Source: Bacillota bacterium | Lineage (GTDB): Bacteria > Bacillota > Limnochordia > Darwinibacteriales > Darwinibacteriaceae | NCBI GenBank assembly: GCA_012837385.1 | Contig: DURH01000066.1 | Span: forward strand, 7,717-71,716 | Direction: 5' to 3' | Length of the DNA stretch: 64,000 nt | Shown: piece by piece, positions 1 to 9,562 of the stretch | How positions within the stretch are numbered: position 1 is the stretch's first letter | Layout of the letters: each line of letters starts with the position of its first letter | Position numbers and translations under genes: made by a program | Notes under the pieces: generated by a model | What the model was told of the DNA's origin: nothing | Database searches by the model: none | The model's input: only the letters and a program-made list of their open reading frames with translations

Positions 1-486
1 ACCAAGCACTTGGGGAGCTATCGACCCGTAGGGATACACCCTGGTTGAGGAGGGGACAACTCCGATCCCAGGCAGGTTAGCCGCCATAATAGCCCTAGCC
101 TCTTGGTCGGTAACCTTCTTTTTCAACCATTCCACAGCAGAGTGCTTCTTTAAGCGGCCCAGGATGAACTCTCCATCCAGGTCTAAAATCGCGGCCAGTG
201 CCTCCGCTGTGCCCTCTGGGTCTTCCACTTCAGCAGGAATGGCGTAGGCAGTATGGGCACTGACACTGAGGGCTAGGGGCACGCCATTGCGGTCATAGAT
301 CGTCCCCCTGAGCCCTTCGATGGGAATGCGCTGTAGGCGCTGCTCTAAAGCCTTGGCCTGGAAGAACTCATTCTGCCACAACTGCAGGTAGGCCAGGCGC
401 GCCGCAAGAAGGGCCACAGCCCCGATCAACACCAACAAGAGAAACAGCAATCTCCTCTGTACTTGGGCTATGGAAACTCTGGCCAT
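1..486 (-). CDS. penicillin-binding protein transpeptidase (SpoVD/FtsI/PBP2B-like), N-terminal 162 codons only; gene continues beyond window start
   Basis: Own translation of minus strand from ATG at 486: MARVSIAQVQRRLLFLLLVLIGAVALLAARLAYLQLWQNEFFQAKALEQRLQRIPIEGLRGTIYDRNGVPLALSVSAH... has a TM anchor plus the PBP dimerisation-domain motif (RGTIYDRNG). It abuts the stop of the next gene at 489 and is absent from the ORF track because it is truncated. Confidence 0.6.
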   Translation of the reverse strand, partial: MARVSIAQVQRRLLFLLLVLIGAVALLAARLAYLQLWQNEFFQAKALEQRLQRIPIEGLRGTIYDRNGVPLALSVSAHTAYAIPAEVEDPEGTAEALAAILDLDGEFILGRLKKHSAVEWLKKKVTDQEARAIMAANLPGIGVVPSSTRVYPYGSIAPQVLG

Positions 487-488
487 GG

Positions 489-1643
489 TCACCCACCCAT
501 CCTACCGAAAAAGTGTCTAAGACGGTTGATGATGCGGCGCAGCCAAGTGGCCAGCCCGGTGCTCTGCCGTGCCACCAGGTCCAGGCGCACAGCCACCCCG
601 TCGGCACGCTTGACGATCAACTCACCCACCTTATCCCCGGCATCAATGGGAGCTTTGAGATTGGCGTTAAGCTCCACCTCAGTGCTGTACTCCAGGTCCC
701 GCTCTTCCCTCACCACTACTGAGAACTCTCTTCCCAACACAGCGTCGACCTGATGGGTCACCCCGTCGGGCACCAACACCTTGGCCAACACTTCCTCGGT
801 GGAAATCAGCGTGCGCAGATTGGAAAACGCCCACTCCAGGAGCTCTTCGTTCTCCGAGTTCCGCATCTCCCTGGTGCGGGCTCCCAAGACCACAGCGATG
901 AGCCTCCGGCCATGCCGGACGCAGGAAGTAATCAGGGTATGACCGGCAGGGGTAGTGGCTCCCGTCTTGCCCCCTTCCACTCCCGGTCTGTCCAAGAGAG
1001 GATGGGAGTTGCTGATCTTGCGACCCTGGCTCGCCAGAAAGAAGTCTGGTGCCGCGAAAACCTGCCTAAACAGCTCATGCTCCAGTGCGGCTTGGAGCAG
1101 CCTGGCCTGATCGTAAGCGGTGGAGTAGTTGTTGCTGGTCATTGACAAAAGGCCCGTACAGTCTACGTAATGGGTGTCTTCAAGGCCGAGCTCCTGGGCT
1201 TTGGCGTTCATCAGTTTGGTGAATTCCGCCTCGGAGCCTGCTATGTATTCCGCTAGAGCCACCGCAGCATCATTGGCAGACTGCAGGGCTGAGGCATAGA
1301 TCAGCTCCTCCACCGTGCAGCGATCCCCAGCCTTGAGGTTAATCTGGGTGCCCTCCCTGCTGGCCGCTCTGGCGCTCACCGTTACTTCATCACTTAGGCC
1401 GATTTTGCCCTCTTCCACCAGCTCCACCGCGACGAGGATGGTCATCACCTTGGTGATGCTGGCGATGGACCGGCGCTGCTGCGCATTTTTCTCCAAAACT
1501 AAGTAGTTGTAGTCGCCGTCATACACGGCATAGGCGATGGAACTCAGCTCTGGTGGAGCCGCGATCTCGCCAGCTGCCAACAGTGGTGCAGGCCAAAGCA
1601 AGACAGTCGCAACCGTCAGGGCTGCCACCCACAAGCGCCGCAT
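489..1643 (-). CDS. serine-type D-alanyl-D-alanine carboxypeptidase (PBP5/DacB/DacF family)
   Basis: 384 aa with a signal peptide. SITK (SxxK) active-site motif, SxN-like and KTG(A)T motifs, and the PBP5 C-terminal domain. Confidence 0.85.
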   Translation of the reverse strand: MRRLWVAALTVATVLLWPAPLLAAGEIAAPPELSSIAYAVYDGDYNYLVLEKNAQQRRSIASITKVMTILVAVELVEEGKIGLSDEVTVSARAASREGTQINLKAGDRCTVEELIYASALQSANDAAVALAEYIAGSEAEFTKLMNAKAQELGLEDTHYVDCTGLLSMTSNNYSTAYDQARLLQAALEHELFRQVFAAPDFFLASQGRKISNSHPLLDRPGVEGGKTGATTPAGHTLITSCVRHGRRLIAVVLGARTREMRNSENEELLEWAFSNLRTLISTEEVLAKVLVPDGVTHQVDAVLGREFSVVVREERDLEYSTEVELNANLKAPIDAGDKVGELIVKRADGVAVRLDLVARQSTGLATWLRRIINRLRHFFGRMGG

Positions 1644-1709
1644 GTGCCTCCCCCTTCCCTCTTCCTAAGAATAATTACGCGGCACCGAGAGTAATTAGTA
1701 CATATACTG

Positions 1710-2786
1710 GTGAGGCAGGGAAGGAGGAAGGATGTGGAGATCAAGCTCTTTGTGGAGAAAGAATCGCTGTTTGATCACTATGTTGCTTCTCATCCCAGGG
1801 GGGACGTCCTGCAGACTACTGCCTGGGGAAGGGTGAAGGAAAGTTCCGGATGGCAGGCCTACCCCCTAGGGGTGATGGATCAGGGCAAATTGGCAGCAGC
1901 AGCCCTCATCCTGACCAAACCTCTGCCCCTCTTCCCCGCAGCCGCGGCTTACTCTCCCCGGGGCCCACTGTATTCGTCGCCTGAAGCCCTCGCCGTCCTG
2001 CTTAAGGAAGGTGCAGCCTTTCTTAGGGGCAAGGGAGGGTTGGTTTGGAAGATGGACCCAGCCATCCCCAAAGGTGACGGAGAGTGGCTCGAAGCGGTGC
2101 GCTCCCTCAACCTCAAGCCGGTGGAGACTGGCCTGGACTTTGCAGGGGTGCAGCCCCGCTTTGTGATGACCCTAGATCTCACCCGTTCTTTGGACACCCT
2201 GCTTAACAACATGAAGAGTAAAACCCGCTACAATATCCGCTATGCCATGCGCAAAGGGGTGTACATCCAGCCCCTGAAGGAAAAGAGCAGGCTAAGCGTT
2301 TTTTACTGCCTGCTCCAGGAAACCGCTGAGCGAGACGGTTTTTCTATCCGCCCCTTAAGTTATTTCGAAGCCATCTGGGACCATCTAGTCCAGGCGAACC
2401 TGGCCAAGGTGTTCCTGGCCTATCACGGAGACACTCCCCTAGCTGGTGCCATCTGCTTTCGACTGGGACAGAGAACTTGGTATGTCTATGGAGCTTCCAG
2501 CAGTGAACAGCGCAATCTCCAGGCTTCCCACCTTATGCAGTGGGAGATGATTAAATGGGCCAAAGGTGCCGGCTGCACAGTCTATGACTTCCGGGGAGTG
2601 TCTGGGGATCTCCGCCCAGAGCACCCCCTCTATGGGCTGTACCGCTTCAAAGAGGGTTTTGGGGCAGAGCTCCAGGAGTATGTTGGTGAGCTCGATCTCC
2701 CCCTGAGGCGAGGAGGGTATGGCTTGTGGCTGGGAGGACTCAAGGTGCACAACTGGATCCGCAGTGCCAAAAAGAAGGGCCGCTAG
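1710..2786 (+). CDS. FemAB-family peptidoglycan interpeptide-bridge aminoacyltransferase (FemX-like)
   Basis: 358 aa with typical FemAB length and composition. A GGAGGAAGG RBS sits at 1721-1730, so the true start may be the in-frame GTG at 1734. Confidence 0.75.
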   Translation: MRQGRRKDVEIKLFVEKESLFDHYVASHPRGDVLQTTAWGRVKESSGWQAYPLGVMDQGKLAAAALILTKPLPLFPAAAAYSPRGPLYSSPEALAVLLKEGAAFLRGKGGLVWKMDPAIPKGDGEWLEAVRSLNLKPVETGLDFAGVQPRFVMTLDLTRSLDTLLNNMKSKTRYNIRYAMRKGVYIQPLKEKSRLSVFYCLLQETAERDGFSIRPLSYFEAIWDHLVQANLAKVFLAYHGDTPLAGAICFRLGQRTWYVYGASSSEQRNLQASHLMQWEMIKWAKGAGCTVYDFRGVSGDLRPEHPLYGLYRFKEGFGAELQEYVGELDLPLRRGGYGLWLGGLKVHNWIRSAKKKGR

Positions 2787-3946
2787 GTTTCTCCTCCTGG
2801 GTGGAGGTGGATCTCTCCGCCTTGGAACACAATCTCCAAACCGCGGCTTCCCGCACTGCAGCCTCCATCCTCCCCATCCTCAAGAGCGATGCCTACGGCC
2901 ATGGCGCCCCTGTGGTGGCCGCCTTTCTGCGCGGCCGAGGCTGCTCCACCCTGGGAGTAAGCGGTGTGGAAGAAGCCCTGGATATCCTCCGCTGGATAAG
3001 AGCTGACATCATCCTGCTCACCCCTCCCCTCCCCAGCCAGCTCCCACTAGTTGTCCAGCATGGGCTCACTGCCACAGTCACTACGTCCAACCTAGCCAGG
3101 GAACTAAATGATTGGGCGAAGCGCAGCGGAAAGCGGATCACTGTGCACATCAAGGTGGACACCGGATTGGGCCGCCTAGGGGCCGCACCCCAGGATGTGC
3201 CGGAGCTGGCTAGATTGATCATTAACGCCTCCCATCTCAAACTGGGAGGCGTCTTTACCCATTTCTCCGCCGCGGCCCGCAGCCGCAGGTTCACCCTAAA
3301 GCAGCTGCATCAGCTGCTGTCCCTTCAGGCGGAACTGCGCAGCGGCTCTGATCTAAGGAGGGTCCTTTGGCATGCTGCCAACAGCGCTGCTTTCATCACA
3401 CTGCCAGCCAGCCACCTGGATGTGGTGCGCCTAGGAACCCTGCTCTACGGCCAAGCACCCCTAGCCCTGGACGGCTCCTGGAACTTAGCGCAGACCTGGC
3501 AGTTCAAAACCTGCATTATCCAGGTTCGTGTCCTGCCGCCAGGCCATACCGTAGGTTACGGGCTCGGCTACCGCACCACCAGGCCCACTAGAGTGGGCGT
3601 GATCCCCGTTGGTTACAGCCATGGTCTGGAGCTGGAACCGCAGAGTTCTCCCTGGCGTCAGATCAAGCAAGCCGCGGCTCGAGCTCTGATCCAGGGCAGC
3701 CCTGTCTTCCACGGCAGCACCCCCCTGGCCATTTTGGGCCGAGTAAGCATGGGCCTGACCTGCTTGGACATAAGCGGCACTGATCTAGATGTGGGAGACA
3801 CGGTAACTGTGCACATGAGGCGCACCGTGGTAAGCCGGCAGATACCCCGACTCTATTACGTCCAGGGAAAGCTGAAATGCATCTTTTGGAATCACCAACT
3901 CTTCAGCCCCCAGGGACGCAGAATCAGTTTAAAAGGTCTTTTCTAA
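2726..3946 (+). CDS. alr: alanine racemase
   Basis: SSWVEVDLSALEHNLQ N-terminus and ILKSDAYGHGA (PLP-lysine motif) match Alr. The start is probably an alternative codon near 2801 (GTG) rather than the ATG at 2726, which overlaps the femX-like gene. Confidence 0.85.
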   Translation: MAGRTQGAQLDPQCQKEGPLGFSSWVEVDLSALEHNLQTAASRTAASILPILKSDAYGHGAPVVAAFLRGRGCSTLGVSGVEEALDILRWIRADIILLTPPLPSQLPLVVQHGLTATVTTSNLARELNDWAKRSGKRITVHIKVDTGLGRLGAAPQDVPELARLIINASHLKLGGVFTHFSAAARSRRFTLKQLHQLLSLQAELRSGSDLRRVLWHAANSAAFITLPASHLDVVRLGTLLYGQAPLALDGSWNLAQTWQFKTCIIQVRVLPPGHTVGYGLGYRTTRPTRVGVIPVGYSHGLELEPQSSPWRQIKQAAARALIQGSPVFHGSTPLAILGRVSMGLTCLDISGTDLDVGDTVTVHMRRTVVSRQIPRLYYVQGKLKCIFWNHQLFSPQGRRISLKGLF

Positions 3947-4814
3947 GCAGGATCTCTTCCTCAAAGGGGCTTTCCGCCTTGACAACACAGCCATTTTGGT
4001 CAATAATGCTGGACTGCCCTTCGAACTCGATGTCCCACAGCCTGCCCACGAGCATGGGATTGACAGCCAGGTCGAACTCTTTGTTCTCCGCCACCGCCGC
4101 AAAACAAGCACGCTTCCAATCCTCCTGCTGCCACTCATTCCAAGGGCCGTTATTGGCAGATGGCTGGATCAGGATCTTGGCCCCCAAGCCCTGCAGGCGC
4201 TGCCTCACATCCAAGTGGAAAGCATCTAGGCAGATCGCCACCCCCAGCGCCCCTAAGGGGCTCTGCACGGCACTGACGTAGTTTAGGGGCGCGGGATCAA
4301 GGTCCAAGCCCGCTTTCTGTTCCATCTCCACCAAGTTCACCTTGTGCTGGCGGTAGACCACTTGCCCAGTGGGTGTGATCACAGGCGATGTATTGTAAAT
4401 CCGATTGGTCTGACCCCAGCGCAGTGCGGCAGAGCCAGCCACGATCCAAGCCTCGTACTCGCGAGCAGCGGCAATGAAAGGAGTGAGGTAGATGCGCTCC
4501 AACTCCTTGGCACGGGCGAGGAAGAGGGCGCGCACCGCGGAAACCCTGTGTCTTAGCATCTGATGGGCCACCGCAGCCCCGTGATGCCAAAGCAGCGCAG
4601 CGCTGGCCTGGGCAAAGGTCTGTTTGGACCAGATGCGCTCTGGGGCATTGCTCAAAAGGCAAAAGGTGCCAATATGTTCAGGGAAAGCAACCAGCAGAGG
4701 CCCTTCCCCTGCCTGCTCCCGAACTCGCTTCATCACTGCCATGATTCTCGCTGCAAAGGCCTGCTCGGTCTTGTAGTCTTCTGGATTGAGCTTCATCTGT
4801 ACACAGGCGATCAT
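3924..4814 (-). CDS. carbon-nitrogen hydrolase (nitrilase/amidase superfamily) protein
   Basis: CN-hydrolase fold signatures (FPEH..G, conserved K, ICLD Cys). Start trimmed to the ATG at 4814 (MIACVQMKL), preceded by a GAGGTGAGG RBS; the upstream extension to 4910 has no RBS. Confidence 0.7.
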   Translation of the reverse strand: MIACVQMKLNPEDYKTEQAFAARIMAVMKRVREQAGEGPLLVAFPEHIGTFCLLSNAPERIWSKQTFAQASAALLWHHGAAVAHQMLRHRVSAVRALFLARAKELERIYLTPFIAAAREYEAWIVAGSAALRWGQTNRIYNTSPVITPTGQVVYRQHKVNLVEMEQKAGLDLDPAPLNYVSAVQSPLGALGVAICLDAFHLDVRQRLQGLGAKILIQPSANNGPWNEWQQEDWKRACFAAVAENKEFDLAVNPMLVGRLWDIEFEGQSSIIDQNGCVVKAESPFEEEILLRKDLLN

Positions 4815-4945
4815 TGTCCTCACCTCGTCTGTATAGTTCGCCTTGGAGGTGCTATTTCCTTGCTCAAAGTGGGAAAGGGTTGCGAGAGGATGGTTTGACA
4901 GGGCTGGCATTTGAAAGTATGATCTAGAGTAAAGGAGGGGCGCCT

Positions 4946-5215
4946 GTGAGTACTGTTGAGCAAGATAGGCTGCTGCAGCGTTTGAAGCGTATTGAGGGGC
5001 AGATTCGGGGCTTACAGAGGATGATTACAGAAGAGCAGCCCTGCAGCGAAATCCTGACCCAGATCGCGGCAGCCCGGGCTGCACTGGCTGGAGTGGCCCT
5101 GCTGGTCTTCGAAGTGCACTCCAAATCATGTATTGAGCAAGCCCTCCAGGGCGAAAATGACTGCACAGCGGCCCTGGAAGATGTGCTGCAGTCGCTGAGT
5201 CGTCTGTTAAAATAA
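4946..5215 (+). CDS. csoR: CsoR/RcnR-family metal-sensing transcriptional repressor (Cu-type C-H-C ligand set)
   Basis: 89 aa with LLQRLKRIEGQIRGLQRMI (DUF156 signature). Cys in QPCSEIL and H-x3-C in EVHSKSC align with B. subtilis CsoR C45/H70/C74. Confidence 0.85.
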   Translation: MSTVEQDRLLQRLKRIEGQIRGLQRMITEEQPCSEILTQIAAARAALAGVALLVFEVHSKSCIEQALQGENDCTAALEDVLQSLSRLLK

Positions 5216-5216
5216 G

Positions 5217-5266
5217 AGTGGCTAGGGAAGCCACTGCAGGGGATCCACAGTGTGATCCCCTATTTT
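5217..5266. terminator. convergent terminator region (two hairpins) between csoR and the M23 peptidase gene
   Basis: Hairpin GTGGCT-AGGGA-AGCCAC (5217-5234) is followed by a T-rich run on the minus strand. Hairpin GGGGATC-CACAGTGT-GATCCCC (5239-5260) is followed by TATTTTG on the plus strand. Confidence 0.45.
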
Positions 5267-6112
5267 GATCCGAAAATCCAAGTGGGGCCCCGTGGTTAAA
5301 CCGGTCTTTCCCACCAAGGCTATGGTCTGGCCTTGCTTGACCACATCACCGACGCGCACCGAGAGCTTGGAGTTATGTCCATACCAAGTGGTCACGCCGC
5401 TGCCGTGATCGATCACAACCCCCAGGCCGTAGTTGCCCATGTTCCCCGCCTTGACAACCTGGCCTGCCGCGGCTGCCTTGACAGCAGTCCCCTCAGGGGC
5501 GGCAATATCAATTCCGCCGTGGAAGTGCCTGGCATTCAGAACCGGATGAATGCGGTACCCGTAACCTGAGCTGACGCTCCCCTGCACAGGCCACTGCAGG
5601 TCCAGCCGGTTAGCTGGGGCGAGGCTGGCTGCTGCTAGGGTTGGCGCGGGAATATACAGCACCTGTCCAGGCAGGAGCCGATCAGGATTGGGCAGGCTGT
5701 TATACACAGAGATCTGCGCCACCGTAGTATTATACCTGCGAGCCAGTTTGGTCAGATTGTCTCCCCGCTGCACAGTGTAGGTCACCACGCTTTCCTGCAG
5801 TTCCCTAAGGGCTTCCCAAGTGAGGGAACCCACCACCCCATCGGGGGTCAAACCAATCGCCTTTTGCACTTTCTTGACGATTCCTTCTGTCTCCGCGCCA
5901 AAGATACCGTCCTGGGCTAAGCTGTAACCTAATTCCACCAGGAGTTGCTGGAGGGCCAACACCTCCCCGCCCCGCATGCCGCGCTTGAGCAGGGAGCTCT
6001 GGGCCCATGCACCCCAGCTGAGCACCGCCGTGAGCAGCACGGCAGTAACCACGCTCTGAGCTCTGCGCCTGCGCCACGGGTGCATAAAAATCCCTCCCAC
6101 AGCCTTTTGCAC
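5222..6112 (-). CDS. M23-family peptidoglycan DD-metalloendopeptidase with PG-binding and LysM domains
   Basis: LysM motif (DNLTKLARRY...LPGQVLYIP), M23 motifs HGGIDIAAPEGTAV and VIDHGSG..WYGHNS, and a signal-peptide-like N-terminus. Confidence 0.85.
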   Translation of the reverse strand: MQKAVGGIFMHPWRRRRAQSVVTAVLLTAVLSWGAWAQSSLLKRGMRGGEVLALQQLLVELGYSLAQDGIFGAETEGIVKKVQKAIGLTPDGVVGSLTWEALRELQESVVTYTVQRGDNLTKLARRYNTTVAQISVYNSLPNPDRLLPGQVLYIPAPTLAAASLAPANRLDLQWPVQGSVSSGYGYRIHPVLNARHFHGGIDIAAPEGTAVKAAAAGQVVKAGNMGNYGLGVVIDHGSGVTTWYGHNSKLSVRVGDVVKQGQTIALVGKTGLTTGPHLDFRIKIGDHTVDPLQWLP

Positions 6113-6153
6113 TTAGTATAGGCTGGGGAGGGAAAAAGTATTCTAAGTAATAC

Positions 6154-7062
6154 TTAGAGGGTTTCTAAGTAGTGGTAGGCCTGCATGGCTGCGATGGCTC
6201 CATCGCTTGCTGCAGACACGATCTGCCTCAGAGGCGTGGTCCGCACATCACCAGCCGCGAACACTCCAGGGATGGATGTCTTCATATCTGGCCCTGTGAC
6301 TACATAGCCCCACTCATCGAGGATACCGGTTCCTTTTAGGTAGTCAGAGTTGGGGAAAAAGCCCACGTAGATAAACACTCCCGAACCGGGGATCACCTGG
6401 GTTGATCCATCCTGATTGTTGCGCACCAGTACTCCGGTTACCCGGTTTTCACCTTGGATTTCCTGAACTTCGGAGTTGTAAACGAACTTCATCTTGGGGT
6501 TGGCAAAGGCCCGCTCCTGCAGAATGGCCTGGGCGCGCAGCACGTCTCTGCGGTGGATCACGGTCACGGAGTTAGCGTAGCGGGTCAGGAAAATGCCCTC
6601 CTCTACAGCGGAGTCTCCGCCCCCAACTACGATCACGTCGAGATCCTCGTAGAAAGCCCCATCACAGGTGGCGCAGTAGGATACGCCCCGGCCAGCTAGT
6701 TCCTGTTCACCTGGAACGCCCAAACGCCGGGGCTGGGCGCCGCTTGCAATAATCACACTACGGGCTTGAATTTCGGTGCCGCCCACTTCCACGATTTTGG
6801 GCTGCCCTTCCAGGCTGACCCTGGTTACTTCGCCCATCTTCCACTCGCAGCCCACTGCCAGCGCTTGATTGTACATATGGTCAGATAGGTCCGGGCCACC
6901 CACATTCTTAAAGCCTGGGTAGTTCTCGATCTCCAAAGTGTTCTGCATCTGGCCGCCGTACAGGCCTTTTTCGATCACGATGGTCTTCAGATTAGCCCGG
7001 GCTCCATACAAGCCGGCAGCTAGGCCTGCAGGGCCTCCGCCGATAATGGCTAAATCGTACAT
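6154..7062 (-). CDS. trxB: thioredoxin-disulfide reductase
   Basis: MYDLAIIGGGPAG FAD motif and CATCDGAF redox-active CxxC. Start set to the ATG at 7062 behind a GGAAGGAGAG RBS; the ORF-track extension to 7230 overlaps apbE and was discarded. Confidence 0.9.
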   Translation of the reverse strand: MYDLAIIGGGPAGLAAGLYGARANLKTIVIEKGLYGGQMQNTLEIENYPGFKNVGGPDLSDHMYNQALAVGCEWKMGEVTRVSLEGQPKIVEVGGTEIQARSVIIASGAQPRRLGVPGEQELAGRGVSYCATCDGAFYEDLDVIVVGGGDSAVEEGIFLTRYANSVTVIHRRDVLRAQAILQERAFANPKMKFVYNSEVQEIQGENRVTGVLVRNNQDGSTQVIPGSGVFIYVGFFPNSDYLKGTGILDEWGYVVTGPDMKTSIPGVFAAGDVRTTPLRQIVSAASDGAIAAMQAYHYLETL

Positions 7063-7079
7063 ACACTTCTCTCCTTCCG

Positions 7080-8114
7080 CTACTGAGTTAACATTGCTTG
7101 AGCTAGACCTGGAGAGATCCAAGCTCCTGTCTCGCTGATTATGATCGCCTCCACACCAGGCAGGCTCTCCACCAGGGCACGCCCCCGCTCCCAGCCCAGC
7201 ACAAATACGGCTGTGGAGATAGCGTCGCACACAGCTGGATTATCACCTACGATGGTGACGCTGCGCAGCCCCCGGGCTGGGTAACCAGTAAAGGGATCAA
7301 TGATATGATGATAGCGCACGCCATCTACCACAAAATAGCGCTGGTAATCGCCGGAAGTGACCACGCTCTGGTCATCCAAGGGCAGGACATAACGGATGCT
7401 CCGGGGATCCTCTGGATCCTGCACCCCCACCCGCCAGGGACGCCCGTCAGGCCTACGGCCAACGACTGAGATGTCGCCGCCAGCATTCACCATGGAGCGA
7501 TCCACCTGGGCTTCCCGGAGAATCGCCGTGGCTTGGTGGATGATAAAGCCTTTGGCTATACCTCCCAAATCCAGCACCGTACCTTGAGGAATGCGCACAG
7601 CACCTCTTTCCCCATCCACTTCCACTCTGGTATAGTCCACTGTAGCTAAAGCGTCCGCAAGCTCTTCTTCAGTGGGCACTCTGTGGAAGTCGCTGCCGAA
7701 CCCCCATAGATCTAAGACCGCACCGATGGTGATATCAAAAGCACCCTCAGTTATGCGTCCCATCTCAATCCCTAGTTCAACCAGCTCTAGTGTGAGGGGG
7801 CTGACTTCAACCCACTCCCCTGCTCTGCGGTTGATCTCGCTCACTTCGCTCTCTTCTATGAAGCGTGAAAAGACCCTTTCCAGCTCCTCCATACGGGCGA
7901 AGACGCGCTCCACCAAACTGGCAGAGCGCGGTCCATCCACGCGAACATCAACCACTGTATCCATGAGTATCATGGAGCTGGTGGTGGTACTTTCCTGAGC
8001 TTTGGCTTGGGGCACCATGCCCAAATAACAGCTCACTGCTGCAGCGCCGCCCAAAACAACCAGGGCCAGCGCCACAAACAAAGCGCGCCTGTTCTTAAGT
8101 CCCTTGCCGTTCAC
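7080..8114 (-). CDS. apbE: FAD:protein FMN transferase ApbE (flavinylates RnfG/RnfD)
   Basis: ApbE family signatures (GAFDITIGA, LDLGGIAKG, TSGDYQRYF) and a lipoprotein or signal-like N-terminus. Sits directly downstream of rnfB. Confidence 0.85.
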   Translation of the reverse strand: MNGKGLKNRRALFVALALVVLGGAAAVSCYLGMVPQAKAQESTTTSSMILMDTVVDVRVDGPRSASLVERVFARMEELERVFSRFIEESEVSEINRRAGEWVEVSPLTLELVELGIEMGRITEGAFDITIGAVLDLWGFGSDFHRVPTEEELADALATVDYTRVEVDGERGAVRIPQGTVLDLGGIAKGFIIHQATAILREAQVDRSMVNAGGDISVVGRRPDGRPWRVGVQDPEDPRSIRYVLPLDDQSVVTSGDYQRYFVVDGVRYHHIIDPFTGYPARGLRSVTIVGDNPAVCDAISTAVFVLGWERGRALVESLPGVEAIIISETGAWISPGLAQAMLTQ

Positions 8115-8124
8115 ACTGTTCCTC

Positions 8125-8961
8125 CTAACTGACCGCCGCTTTCTCCAGCACCAGCGGTTTGCCGTCCTGCCAATCGATAGTCTTCATTGGGCAGACAGCT
8201 ACGCATTCACGGCAGTTGGTGCATTTATCATAGTTGATGCGGGCCAGGTTGTCCTCCATGTAGATGGCACCAGTTGGGCACACCTTCACACAGCGCTGGC
8301 AGGCGATACAGCCCACACTGCATACCTGGCGGACTTTTCGCCCGGTATCAAGCGACCGGCAGCGGATGTGCACTCCCTGATCCTCGGGGACCAAGATGAT
8401 GATATCCCGGGGGCAGGCTTCGACACACTTACCGCAGGCGGTGCAGTTTTCCTCAATCACAACGGGCAGGCCGTTTTCGTTCATATACATGGCATCAAAG
8501 GCGCAGGCCTTAACACAGGAACCGTAGCCCAAACAGCCGTAGGAACAAGCCTTGTCGCCCCCCTGCGTAGCATGGGCGATGCGGCAGTCCACAGGCCCGT
8601 CATAGGTGCCCTTCTGTTTTGCTTCTGCGTTTCCTCCTTGGCACAGCACTTGGGCCACCTTGCGCACAGGCGCCACAGCATCTACACCTAGAACTGCTGC
8701 CACCATCTGAGCCACAGTGGCTCCTCCGACGGGGCAGCCATTGGTGGGAGCCTCTCCTGAAGCTACAGCTTCAGCAAAGGCGCGGCAGCCCGCGAACCCA
8801 CAGCCACCGCAGTTCACACCTGGCAGCACTTCTTCTATGGCATCGATCTTAGGATCGGTTTCAACTGCGAAAATCCTCCCGGCCATTGCCAAACCAAGGG
8901 CAAATAGAGCCGCCAACGAGCCCATACTGACGAGGGACACGATTGTGGTGTTCATCCTCAA
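8125..8961 (-). CDS. rnfB: Rnf electron transport complex subunit B (polyferredoxin)
   Basis: N-terminal TM helix, a CGGCGFAGC cluster and multiple CxxCxxCxxxCP 4Fe-4S motifs. Confidence 0.9.
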   Translation of the reverse strand: MRMNTTIVSLVSMGSLAALFALGLAMAGRIFAVETDPKIDAIEEVLPGVNCGGCGFAGCRAFAEAVASGEAPTNGCPVGGATVAQMVAAVLGVDAVAPVRKVAQVLCQGGNAEAKQKGTYDGPVDCRIAHATQGGDKACSYGCLGYGSCVKACAFDAMYMNENGLPVVIEENCTACGKCVEACPRDIIILVPEDQGVHIRCRSLDTGRKVRQVCSVGCIACQRCVKVCPTGAIYMEDNLARINYDKCTNCRECVAVCPMKTIDWQDGKPLVLEKAAVS

Positions 8962-8978
8962 CCCCTCCTAACAAATAC

Positions 8979-9551
8979 TTAGATTAATCCGGCAAACCCA
9001 CTAAACGCGAGGGAAAGCAAGCCGGCACAGATGAAAGCAATGGGCGCACCCAAGAGGGGTTCCGGAATATCAGCAAAGCGCAGTTCCTCGCGGATCCCCG
9101 CAAGCAGAACCAAAGCCAATGTGAATCCCAATCCTCCGCCTAAGGCAAAAACCACTGCTTGAATGAAGGTATAAGCGTTCTGCACAGACATGATGGCCAG
9201 ACCGAGAATGGCACAGTTGGTGGTAATGAGGGGAAGGAAGATCCCCATGGCCTTGTACAGGGCTGGACTCGTCTTGTGCAGGAACATCTCAACCAATTGA
9301 ACTAAGGAAGCGATGACCAAAATGAAGGACATGGTCTGCAGAAAGGGCAGTCCGAACGGCTCCAGAATAAACCTCTCAATCAGCCACGTTGCGGCAGAAG
9401 CTACCACCATAACAAAGGTGGTGGCCATGCCCATACCGATTGCTGAATCAACTTCTTTGGAAACACCCATGAAAGGGCAGATACCCAAAAAGCGAACCAA
9501 CACGAAGTTATTGACCAACAGCGCACTAAGGAAAAGTAAGAATAGACTCAT
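8979..9551 (-). CDS. rnfA: Rnf complex subunit A
   Basis: 190-aa polytopic membrane protein of the RnfA/NqrE family (LGICPFMGVSK). Confidence 0.9.
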   Translation of the reverse strand: MSLFLLFLSALLVNNFVLVRFLGICPFMGVSKEVDSAIGMGMATTFVMVVASAATWLIERFILEPFGLPFLQTMSFILVIASLVQLVEMFLHKTSPALYKAMGIFLPLITTNCAILGLAIMSVQNAYTFIQAVVFALGGGLGFTLALVLLAGIREELRFADIPEPLLGAPIAFICAGLLSLAFSGFAGLI

Positions 9552-9562
9552 GGCCGTCCCCC

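Noticed and set aside
7063-7230. 56-codon N-terminal extension of the trxB ORF
   Set aside because: It overlaps the apbE 3' end. The canonical MYDLAIIGGGPAG start with a strong RBS is at 7062.
8104-8691. 195-aa plus-strand ORF
   Set aside because: Antisense to rnfB (the ferredoxin gene), and spurious.
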